Source: Octopus sinensis (taxonomy: Eukaryota). Taken from it: 64,000 nt of DNA. This document shows, piece by piece, positions 22,280-33,543 of this stretch (position 1 is the stretch's first letter; each line of letters begins with the position of its first letter). The translations under genes were made by a program, and so were the position numbers. The notes beneath the pieces were generated by a model that was given only the letters and a program-made list of their open reading frames with translations, was not told the origin of the DNA and did not search any database. Where the stretch lies: positions 308,946-372,945 of the forward strand of contig NW_021837025.1 in assembly GCF_006345805.1 (NCBI RefSeq), written 5' to 3'.

Positions 22280-25160
22280 CAGTCTTCCCTCTATTGCTCG
22301 CCATTTTTAGGACCAAGCCAAAATTGGCGACTAAGAGAATTTGGCGAGTAAGAGAAATAATCAATATCCTATTTTCTATCAACAAAAAATTTCTATAATT
22401 TTTAACTATCTAAACATTTAAATAAATAGCCGAAACATTTATTTAAAAAACCAAAATTTTAAGTAAAGTAATCATTTATAGCAGCGGTTCTCAACCGTGG
22501 TCCCCAGAAAATTTTTAGTGGTCCCCAGGAATTTTCGAAAAATAAAAATATATTAAAGTTAAAACTAATTGTACAATTAAGTATAAATCAAAAACATTGA
22601 AATTAATCTGATTTGATTAGCGTGGTTTATCATTCTAGTTATGGTTAACAAGAATCGTCGTCTTTGGTCGGATTCTTACGTACAATTTGGATTCACTAAA
22701 TTCATTGCCCCAAATAATGAAATAAAGGCAAAATGCATGATTTGCCATAAAATTTTGGGAAACAATTCACTGAAACCTTCTCACTTAGGCGCCACAAAGA
22801 GTCTGTACACCCAGAAAATTCCTGTTGAAGACCCATTCCAAACTGGATCGTTCAACCTTTCTTGACCTCATTTAAAGAATATCAGGAACTCAATTTTCAG
22901 CAGAGCTTGATTGAACTTCAATGTAATCAGTCTGCTCAGATTATTTTCAAATGTACTTCATTATTAGATTTTTGGTATTCTCATTAATAATTACTTTTTA
23001 TTGTTAGGTGTCAGATGGCGAAAGAATTCCCCATTTTGAGTAAAACTGCATTGGAATCAATACTTGCATTCCCCACTACTTATCACTGTGAAATGGCGAT
23101 GTCGTGTCTGACTTTTCTAAAAACAAAATATGAAATAGACTACGGGTACAAGATGATATGCGAGTAGCTTTGTCGAACATAGAGCCTGATATAAGTAAAA
23201 TTATTCTGAGCAAACAAGATCAGAAATCTCACTAAATTACTATTAAATTTTCTGTTATTTTCATAATGTTCATGTTATTTTTATAATAAATATTCGAACA
23301 TGTCTAAACCTGGCCCTGGCGAGGCCAAAAATTGTGCGCTAATACCAAAAAATGTTTATTTTATTTAAGGTGGTCCCCACAAAATTTTATAGTGCAAAAG
23401 TGGTCCCCAGTCTAAAAAAGGTTGAGAACCGCTGATTTATAGTTTTTTTGTATGATCTTTTCTCTATATTTTTTTGCATTTTTAATAAACTTTCTAGCAT
23501 ATTCACATCAAAATTATCGTCATGTGAAAAATATTTTTTGAGGTCCGAAATACATTTTATCGCATCTCGATGTGTAATACAGTTTTTTCTTTCACAATCT
23601 TCAGTAATTGAACTGTCTAAATTGCATTTTCATCGTTATTTTCATAGTTATTGTTTTGAACAAATTCATGAAGTTCGTCATTTTCAGAGTACGTAAAGTC
23701 TATAAACTCCTCCTCTTTTATGGGATCTGTGATCATTAATTTTTCTATATTTTGTTCGAAATTTTTTATTTTATGGTCCCCATAATAGGTTCTTCAATTC
23801 TGTTTTCCCATTTGGCGTGCTGAAAACATTTTGATATTGTATCCACTGACACATCTTTCCAGGCTAGATAAGAAAATAAGACTGCATCTTTCAGGGTTAA
23901 TTTTTTATAGCATTCAATAGTTGCGTCACCGTAGTTTATTTGTTCAATTATATGTTTAAATTTAAATTTGTTGAAATGAGATTTGAATGATCTAATGATT
24001 CCTTGATCCATCGGTTGAAGCACAGTAGTCGTGTTTTTTGGTAAATATAAAACTTCTATCATACTTAATTCGATTGTTATTCTATGCGAAGGACAATGGT
24101 CTACAACCAAAAGTATCTTTTTTTGTTTTTGTTTGAGAGTCTTGTTCCAATTATACAACCATTCGTTAAATATTTCCATGTTCATCCAAGCCTTTGAAGA
24201 ATTCCGGTATTGTAAATATTCATCAACGTTCAAGTTTTTAAAACACCTTGGTTTCTTAAACTGCCAGATCATCAAAGGGGTTCTTTTATCGGATCCAGTC
24301 ATATTTGCGCAAAGCATTAATGAAAATCTGAAAATTGGCTAAAAATGTTAAACCTATCTTTAAGTAATTTTTGTCCTGATCGGCGTTTCCTGCAGACACT
24401 TTTTGATGGAATGGTCTTGTAAAATACGCCGGTTTCGTCGGCATTATAAACATTTTCTGAACCATATTCATTTATTTTAGAAGGGATAATTTTTTAAAGT
24501 CTTCGATTTGGTCTTTGAAGTCTTCGATCCCAATTCACCATGAAAAATTCTTAGTTTTACATTGTGCCTTTTTTTGAACTTTTCAAGCCATCCTTTACTG
24601 GCTTTAAATTCGAAGAGACCGTTTAACGCAGCAATTTCAGTTGCTTTCGACAAAATTATCTCATCATTGAGGCAAACTCCAATAGATTCCATGTAATCTA
24701 TCCAGGCAATGATTTCAGAATCAATTGCTGAATATCTAAGTTTCGAAAAACGAGAACTTCTCCCATAAATTGGATTAATTCCAAGAATCTTCTGTTTGTT
24801 CAATTTAAGATCGTTAATTGCACGTCTCGAAATTGATTTTTTGAAACGCGACGAAAAAATTTCTGAAACACGCCTTAGACTTAGAGAAGAATTATCAATA
24901 AGATAATTTATAATTTCTCTTTTTTGATCATAAGATAATCTTGAGCACTTCCTCATGTTACAAAAAAAACACGCGGTATAAATATTTGAAAAAATTATTT
25001 TTTTAATAATAAATTTTAATTTTTTAATACTAAAACGTGGCGAGTAAGAGAATTTGGCGAGCAATGGAATTTCCTTAGTAAAAATGGCATTTTTTCCAAA
25101 AAAGTGGCGAGTTATAGAAATGGCGAGCAATAGAATTGGCGAGCAATAGAGGGTAAACTG
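22280..25160 (-). mobile_element. pogo/Tigger-like transposon (family B) with frameshifted DDD transposase
   Basis: TIRs CAGTCTTCCCTCTATTGCTCGCCA and CAGTTTACCCTCTATTGCTCGCCA, each flanked by TA. HTH (FKASKGWLEKFKKRH) plus NADETG, VDHCPSH and LQPMDQG motifs. Confidence 0.92.
22482..23434 (+). mobile_element. Non-autonomous hAT (Buster/SPIN-like) element nested in the pogo
   Basis: Perfect 15-bp TIR CAGCGGTTCTCAACC; perfect 8-bp TSD ATTTATAG (22474-22481, 23435-23442). Internally carries Buster N-terminal (RLWSDSYVQFGF..CMIC..LKPSHL) and C-terminal (FPTTYHCE..KTKY) remnants. Confidence 0.95.
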
Positions 25161-28143
25161 TAATTGTTTTCTCTCTTTTATCCGGGTTTACAATTAAAGA
25201 CCATTTATTCAGAAAATGAAGAATCACTTTTACTAAGTTTTCGAATGAATTCTGGCCTCGGCAGACGAAATCGAATTCGTCGGCGTAAATTACTACTATC
25301 ACATTAGTAAAACATTTATTTTTCCAAAGAGGTCTTGAAAGCTGTTTCCAGATAGATTATGATCGGGGATAGTAAGTCGCCCTGAGGTGCGCCAGTTTCG
25401 GTTTTAAATTTCATCGAGGTATAATTTCCAACACGCACTGATAACGATGTGTTGGCAAAGAAGAATCTGATCATACGTAATGCATCCTCATTTAGGATGT
25501 TTTCAAATACAAGTAATAGCTTTTTGCGGTTGATAGTGTATTATAGAACACGAGATAGAGCAATTTCAAGTATTAAGAGTTCTTCGTGTTTCTGACGCAT
25601 CCCACATAGCCATCTGTGCCTCCGTACTACTTCTGCTGTTGACTTTCCAGGTTTGAATCCACTTTGACTTGTGCTTATGAACTTATTTACTGGGCCTGAA
25701 ATACAATTCGTTACAACAAGAGAAAGTATTTTTCTTAGTGTGTTTATTAGCGTATCCGGGCGTAGAATGTTTAAATTTCCCTTTTCTTTACCAGGTTTCT
25801 GAAGTGGAATTAAAGTGGCATTCCCCGCATCAAAGGGATGTGACATTTGAATGTCCTGTTCAGAACTGTGCAGATCAACGCAACTACTCTTTCCGGCGCG
25901 TATTTCAATAATTTTGCACTCAAGTTGTCTGGTTTCGAAGCTCTGCCATTTTTCAGCTTTGAAAAAGTTGAAATGACTTCATAGCGCTGATGTTTTTGTT
26001 GAGTCCTCTGGGAGTACTTTCGAATGGCTTTAGGTTGTCATTGAGAATTAGTCGTCCTTTGTAAAAGGCTGAAATTTTGTTTGCTAATTCTTGGTCATCT
26101 ATTATGGCTTTTCCTGCATCATCAAAAATTACAATTCTTTCCGGTCTGGTATTGCGGGATAATTTTTTAACTACAGCGAACATTTTTGCACCATATTTGT
26201 ATCGTTCAATGTCTTTTGCCAAGTTATCCAGTGTAGGCTCAGACTGTTCTTTTACTTTTTTCTTTATTTTGTATTTAATTTTGTTGCGTTCTGTTTTAAG
26301 AAAATCAGTATGGCCGGTCAAGTTTGGCGATTCAATTAGGAGACGAAGTTTCTTTTGTTCTTTTGTTAATTTGTTTATTTCTTGGTCAAAAGTCCCCTCG
26401 AATGTCCTTGGACGATTTCCCAGTATCGTCTCAGCAGCCTTCTTTACTCTTTCAAAACATACTTCCATAGTCGTCCGGAAGACACATTCGAGTCAATATT
26501 GTCCAACAGTTTGAGTATTTTCTTGCCCTACTTTACACATAAGCTTTTCACTGCCAAGTTCCTGCCCTGTGTACGAGCTGCAAGTTCTTCAGAAATTTCA
26601 AAGCGTAGTTTTAAAATGAGGCGTGCAACCAGTAGTCGATGATCACTCGAGGTAATCATGAGCCTTCTGTGTTTGTCTGCATAGTATGTCATCAATTTGG
26701 TTGAATATATGAACAAGATTTCCATAGAGATCTCTTTTCTGGCCAGTCCACATCTTAATATATCGAGCTGCATGCCACCGTGTTACAGAGGAATAGTCCG
26801 AATGACTCACAAAAATGTATGAGTGCCTCCTCGGACAGATTTATGATCCTACGAATGTAGCTGCCCAGGCAATTTGATTCTTCAAGCTTTTTTCCACTTT
26901 GGGATTCTAATCACTAGCTATAAAAAAGTGATGAGTATGCCAATGATAAAGACGAGTAGAATTCGTTGACGGATATCTTCATTGTGATCAGTGCATATAC
27001 ATTTATAATCGATAGAACTGTATTGGGATTGTTTTCAAGGCGTTGTTTAAGAATGGCAATTCTGTCCTTGATATTCAATGCTTTTTGAGTTACGACAGCT
27101 GCGTCGATTCGTACTGCCAAACCATCCCATAATGTCGGCAGTTTGACGGCAATGAGAGCAGCCGGTACCCGTTCATCGTTTTATAAAGGCCATTAGAGAC
27201 TTTGGTCTTCTGCAGGCAGCATACAAAAATTTCATAACGTTTTAAATCCGTACATAAATGGGGATGACGATCCAATAGAAAACAGAGAAGATTGAGCGCA
27301 TGAATTACGAGAATGTGTCTAAAAATATCAATAAATTAAAGAATTCTACATTTACTAAAAACAATAATCTACTCGACTGATCAGACTACAATGAATTCGT
27401 GCAAATATTACTTCGCACAGTTGACTATTTAGAAATTATTTTGTATTCTCAAATTATATTTTTCATTCTATATGCACGCCGTTGTCCAAAATTAAGTAGT
27501 TAAGACAATATTAACGATATTGAGTAGTTTAAACTAGATTTTGTCTTGGAGGAAACTTAAGCATGACTATTATTTATGTAATGAATAATCCTTATTTTAT
27601 GTTTCTTGACTTTCTTTAAAATATGAAGCATTTTCTAAAATCTTTAAAGGCAATTAAACAAGAGATTTGTAAAAAAACTAATCAACTAATAAGTCCTAAG
27701 TCCAGAGTTTTCGAAGTGAACATAAGATGACACTTCAAGGACCTCCAACCCTTCTTTCTCCTTTTCTTTGGCAGTCCAGCACCTCTCGCTGATTAAATGT
27801 CAGGGTAGGACTGGATCGGAAAGCAGAAAACGAGATACTCTCCAAAATCCTCTAAAGAACAGTTGACTCTATATAAGGCTGTAAAATCTTTTGACGCCAA
27901 ACTCTCTTAAGTACCCCTTGTGGTATTTGGCAAAAACTAGTAATTGTCTATTAAAATATTATTAAATTTGAAATTTAACCAAAAGCCCTGATTTAAAAAT
28001 CTAATTGTGAGATGAACATAGAAAAAGAACTACAGAAAATATCTAATCAAAAAAATCAAAAAAGCCACATTCAATTTCTTACATTACACAGAACGTTAAT
28101 TTTGTCTCAGAATTATCAAAAAAAGCTCATTATTTTAGCAATA

Positions 28144-29775
28144 TCACGTGTTTACAACCCCAGAAAGGCACATTAACTTAGTTTTATATGACTGTCCATC
28201 CACAGCGTAAGGAATATGAATAGAATGATCCCTTCCCTGAGTGTACGTAAAAGCACTAGCCAGCGGAAGAGGCATTTCCAAGTTCCCCCTCTCGTCACAA
28301 AAAATCTGCTGCCGACTTTGCCACACTCTGAATATGAGGGTTATTTTCCGCGGCATTTTATCGGTGGCGTTTGTGAACTTGTCGTCTAATCGACTCTTAA
28401 ATACAACACAACTCGACAAAAACGAGCAGTTCCTTCCACTGGCCATGGCCGCTGACAACACAAAGGCGTCGTCGTTTCTAAACATAAACCTCCTCCAGCA
28501 GACCTCGAATCCTCCAAAAAGAAGACATCCACCCATGGAGATTGGAAAACTGAAATTTTTTTTTCGATGAATTTTTTGCCGACAAGAAGAATTTTTTTCC
28601 CAGCAAGCAACTCATTTTGAAACATTTTTTTTAGTTGCTGCAAAATCTAAAAAAAGATTTTGAACTCGAAAACCTTATTAAGTCTGTGAATATGTCGGAC
28701 AGTGCCACGGAGAGCATTAAGGACGTCTACCACGACGACAAACGGTCCCCCTTCACTAACAAACTCCATAAATCTGCCAGTCTCCTCCTTGGAAAGATTA
28801 TATTCAGTCTCCAAAGGATTGATAAACTATATAAATAATTTCGATTAATACTATTTTTATAATTAAAATTATATTACTTTTGAAATCATTGAATCCCTTA
28901 AATAAATAAAATCTTTTGAAGTTATTTTTAAAATATTAAATCCTTGTTGGCATTCTGGACACTTTAAATTCACACGAGAAATGCTGGTTTTTTTACAATT
29001 CCAGGCAACTTTAGAACTATTTTTTAGCTTTTCAACCAAATTATCCACAACTCTCTCGTCAGGAATGTCAAGTAAACAATCATTCGAAAACTACTGTTGA
29101 ATTATCAATTCCAAATACTTTATCAACCGCTGCCAAAAACTGAAAAAAATCATCACTTTGATTCTGACAGGACAATTCCGAAATAATCACGTGGATTACT
29201 CTGACTGTATAACATCGATAGTAAGAAATCAGCTCACACAGAAGGTTGAGGTCCATTTTACGGACAGCGAGTTTTATAAGCGGAGAAATGACTCTCCAAC
29301 TTGACATGTCCTCTATCCGGTTTCCGAACACGTTTTTTGCCTCAAACACAAGTCCATGAGCAGCCAGTGCCTCGAGGAGTTGTTCTTTGTTGATATAATT
29401 ATTATCCAAATTGGAATATAGTCGCAGAAGGAGGTCTCTGCCGTGATTTGGGGCGTCTTTTAGACTGGTTAGTGAGAGATGTGATAAGACAGGGTCTTTG
29501 AGTGGCTCACAGATGTGGGAATAGTAGGAAATGGCTGTCTGAGGTAGTCCGGATTGAATTAAATAGGCCATATTTTGTCGGTGGAGGGTTAAAGAGTCGT
29601 CTGATGTGGACGATGGGAGTTCGAATTGTGTCCAGAAATGAGCAGGTGGGTAGGAATCAGGAATATTTAATTCTTTGAAGAAGGCACGGACAGTATTGGG
29701 GGATTGGGAGTAAAATTTGTGGTTAGAAAAAATCAGTTCCAGTTTTTGAAGTGACTTGTAATATCTACACAACAT
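28144..29775 (-). CDS. PRORP: Mitochondrial proteinaceous RNase P catalytic subunit (PRORP/MRPP3), multi-exon
   Basis: PPR-like helical N-terminal half, then CPECQ, NYN motifs GPFVVVVDVLN, KILLVGKK, NDDAFVLSAAMASG, SND, FRVWQ, and IHIPY..LMCL. All four zinc ligands and the catalytic-position aspartates align with recalled human PRORP motifs. Confidence 0.85.
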
Positions 29776-29823
29776 GACAAGACTATAATGTGATAATTTA
29801 TTTAAAATTTAATCAAGATTTTA

Positions 29824-31488
29824 TTAAACAGAAATTAATAACTCATTAAGTTTTTTCAAAAGTTTAATTGATTCATAGTTGAAAGGATTTAAACTCAATG
29901 ACTGCGAAATAGACACGTGTGCTGTGTGGAATTCTCCTTCCTAAAATTAACCCCACGAGATAACCTCAAAGGCAATGAGGGCAACATTATAAAACGGTTC
30001 ATAGCAAAAAAGCCCGCATTCCGTGGCCGTTTTAAAATATGAACAGGCCTGTTAATTATAAATAAACTACCAAATTAATATCTTTATTCCGCACGTGGAT
30101 AACTCCTAAATTATTCAGCGCTTCAACATGTTTAGGATTGATCACAGTGGCGAGCATAAAACACTGTTTTGCAAAGTTCAAGTCTCCCGAGTACTAAACA
30201 ATGTTTCGAGGGGAGTACTAGGCCAATCATTCCCAGGTTGTAATACACGTCGGCCTTGCTGGAGTCCTCGGAAATGGAAAGCGCTCGTTCGAAGCAATTG
30301 TAGACCAAATCGAGTTCTTCTCCCATGAAACTGCAGAGGCCGAGATTGCAGTAAATTTCTGAGTTTTCAACTCCCATTTGAAGCAATCTTCTGAAAATAT
30401 TTTAAAAACTATGCCTGAAGAGTTTTAGAGCGATTTCTGGGTGATCGTTGTAAAAATATTCGGTCGCAATGCAAGAAATTGCTTCAACGTGTGTTGAGTC
30501 AATTTTAAGCACATTTCTCAGAATTTTTCCCGATTCTGACATGTTTCCGAAATCCTGTTCAAGTCGAGCCAGTCCCGTGAGTAGGTGGACGTCCTGTGGG
30601 AAGGATTGAAGTCCTGAACTCAGAACTGACCTCGCTTTTTCTGGCTGACTGACACGCACATATAATTTTGACAAATAAAGATAAATTTCAATGTTTTTAA
30701 GCAGTTCCAAAGCCTGACAAAACGAATTTTCTGCTTCCGAAAACATTCCAAAACTGTGATTTGACTATTTTTAGTTTACACCGATAGTAGCACTTTGCAG
30801 TCTGCAGTTTCCACCACCAGTCTTGTTCTTTAGAGTGGCAATCCGCTCGGGAGGCCATGGAAAGTGCCTGAAATGCACAAGTCGAGAATTTACGTTTTTT
30901 ATGTCGCTTTGAACATGAAACAAATATTCAAAAACAGCTTTCGAAAAGTCATGTTCTGCCGCCAATTTGTCGAAATCGAGTCGGCTTACGTTAAACTGGG
31001 GTCCCGAGTCAATGGAAGAAGCAGTGGCCATTCGAACTAGTTTTCCTGTTTTTGATGTGAAGGGTCTTGCCGTGGCTCCTGATTGTCTCATCCGCGATTT
31101 CACGGAGGAACGGAAATCTTTAAAACCGTTAGTTGCTGTGTCCTGTCTTTCGAATCCTGTGATTGGTCTTCCAGTTTGAGTCATTGGACTGAAGGTTAGC
31201 GGGTTTTTTTCAACCGATCGACGATGGTTGTTGTTTTTTTCCTTCCGGTTTTTGTGATCGCCGAAGAGTCCATCGCAAGGTCCGCAATCGACTCGACGTC
31301 AACTTCCAATTCGTCGACGTACATTTCCTTGGTCAAACACCTCATTTTGAGGAACCAAACTGCCTGGAATTTCTCAAAATGGGGACTTTTTCGTTGGGAT
31401 TTGTGCGGAGGATTTGATCACAGATTTCAGAACATTTTGAATATTTGTCCATAGAGAAGTGATAATATGCCTCATAAAGGGGATCCAT
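29824..31488 (-). CDS. TTC8: Tetratricopeptide repeat protein 8 (BBS8), multi-exon
   Basis: MDPLYEAY..KAVWFLKMRCLT..YVDELEV, TQTGRPITGF..TARPFTS.TGKLVRMATAS and TPRs (YCNLGLC, ADVYYNLG, EALNNLGV, EPFYNVA); stop TAA at 29824-29826. Confidence 0.93.
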
Positions 31489-31597
31489 CTTTATTGCTGT
31501 GGAAACAATTTTTTAATTAATTAAAGTTGAAAAATTATATTTATTTGTTAATATTTGGGTTTTTTACTAATAATATTTAAAAGTAATAAATATATAA
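31489..31597. promoter_or_regulatory. Putative bidirectional promoter TTC8/NDUFS2
   Basis: Only 109 AT-rich nt between divergent ATGs at 31488(-) and 31598(+). Function is inferred from geometry only. Confidence 0.45.
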
Positions 31598-33222
31598 ATG
31601 TTGTCCCCTTGTGGGTTTCGTCCCATCTTTATAAGGTACCGGTGAATTACTTAGACAGGACTCTGAAATGGATACCAGACAAGGAATATTATGACATGTA
31701 TAAACAGCCCGTATTTTTCCCCGACGAACGTTTCTCAATGTGGAAAAGACTTCCACCTAACAGTGGACTTTTTATTTAAATCTTCCAGAGGCGTCGATTC
31801 CTACAAACGCAGTGGTAAAAAACCTTACAATCAACTTTGGGCCTCAACATCCGGCTGCTCACGGTGTTCTACGGTTGGTCCTGACGTTGGACGGGGAGGT
31901 AATTTAAATAAAATATTTGAATTTTCAGTCGATGTGGTGATTGTTTTTTTAATTAATTTATTTAAAAGTATGTATATATAGAATGTCGTACGGGCTGATC
32001 CACATATTGGACTTTTGCACAGAGCGACCGAAAAACTGATAGAATACAAAACATACACCCAGGTAGGCCACAAATGAGATAAAAAAGGCTCTTCCCTACT
32101 TTGATCGACTGGACTATGTCTCTATGATGAGCAACGAGCAGTGTTTCGCTCTCGCCATAGAGAAATTGCTCGGAATTGACATTCCTCGGAGAGCAAAGTT
32201 TATTCGAAGTAAATTTATCCACAAAATATGACTCCCAGCTCTCTTTTCTGAGATAACCCGAATAATGAACCATTTGATGGGGATTGGGACACATATTTTG
32301 GATATTGGAGGTCTTACCCCTTTCTTCTGGATGTTCGAAGAGCGGGAAAAGATGTTTGAGTTGTACGAACGAGTTTCCGGAGCAAGAATGCACGCAAACT
32401 ACATTCGACCAGGAGGAGTCGCCCAAGTATTTAAAAAAATGTTAAAATAACCAAAAAGGATCTCCCAATTGGTTTTCTGGACGACACATTCGAGCTGTTT
32501 TCCAAATTTGTGCGTAGAGTGGACGAAGTGGACGAGTTTTTGTCGGAAAGTCGTATTTGGAAGTCGAGAACGGTGGGAGTGGGGACAGTGAGTGCTAAGG
32601 ACGCCCTCCTCTACGGATTCAGTGGACCGATGCTCAGAGGATCGGGGATCAAGTGGGATTTGAGAAAGGCCCAGCCCTATGAAATATACGACGAGTTGGA
32701 ATTCGACATTCCCATCGGGCAGTTTGGGGACACATACGACAGGTGCTTAGTTTTGAGTGGAGGGTTAGATATTTGGTGAGGATGGAGGAAATGAGGCAGA
32801 GTGTTCGTATAATTAATCAGTGTCTTGATAAGATGCCGTCGGGGGATATTAAAGTCGATGATTTGAAGATTGTGCCGCCCAGAAGAGGGGATATGAAGAC
32901 CTCGATGGAGTCGTTGATTCACCATTTCAAGTTTTATACGGAAGGATTTTCCGTGCCTCCTGGGGAGACTTACACGGCGATTGAGCATCCAAAAGTAGTG
33001 TAGGTGGAGGACGGTAGGGGGAGTTTGGGGTTTATTTGGTGTCGGATGGGTCGTCTATTCCCTATCGATGTAAGATCAAGGCGCCGGGATTTGCTCATTT
33101 GGCTGCATTGGATCATGTGGCCAAGAATCATATGTTGGCGGATGTAGTAGCCATTATTGGTTGATGAGTGTCTACTATTCTCAGGGACGTTGGATGTCGT
33201 GTTTGGTGAAGTCGACCGCTGA
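31598..33222 (+). CDS. NDUFS2: NADH dehydrogenase Fe-S protein 2 (49 kDa subunit), multi-exon
   Basis: [59 protein letters not shown] and C-terminal [22 protein letters not shown] after removing micro-introns such as 32995-33017 (23 nt) and 33160-33184 (25 nt). Confidence 0.97.
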
Positions 33223-33543
33223 AGACTAACACTAACCAGTGCAATAATATTATTTCATTTTCTTGTTTTCTTGTGGTAAATTCTGGCTAGTGAGGTCAGA
33301 GTATATTCTTGAGGGAATTTCATTTTAAGTTTAGAAATCTCATTTGCAAATAAGTCGATCGTATAAAATAATAGTATTGTTGTGACGAAATACCTAGAAT
33401 CAATATTTGAATCAATGTTGAACTATTAGTATTTATTGTTAAATCGTGATTTTTTTATATGTATATAACAGTTATGCAGTTATCTTACAATTTAGGCAGA
33501 ATAACCTTTCAAGAATACCAACTATTTTTAATCATATTCAAGA

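Larger units (their letters stand above)
21560..27290 (-). mobile_element. RTE-like non-LTR retrotransposon, degenerate, split by a pogo insertion
   Basis: APE motifs (CCLQKTK, SSDHRLLVA), RT (LIPLQKPGK..RP..L.NTLRKI, QSGFKPG, IYADE..NPDK) right of 25160; continuation KWRMCKKVESLL..RRKVLA, MSNEELYR..WQLFGHILR left of 22280. Confidence 0.85.

Noticed and set aside
27720-27930. GC-richer island as the missing 5' part of ALKBH7 beyond the RTE
   Set aside because: No frame on either strand gave ALKBH7 or any recognisable motif; left unassigned.
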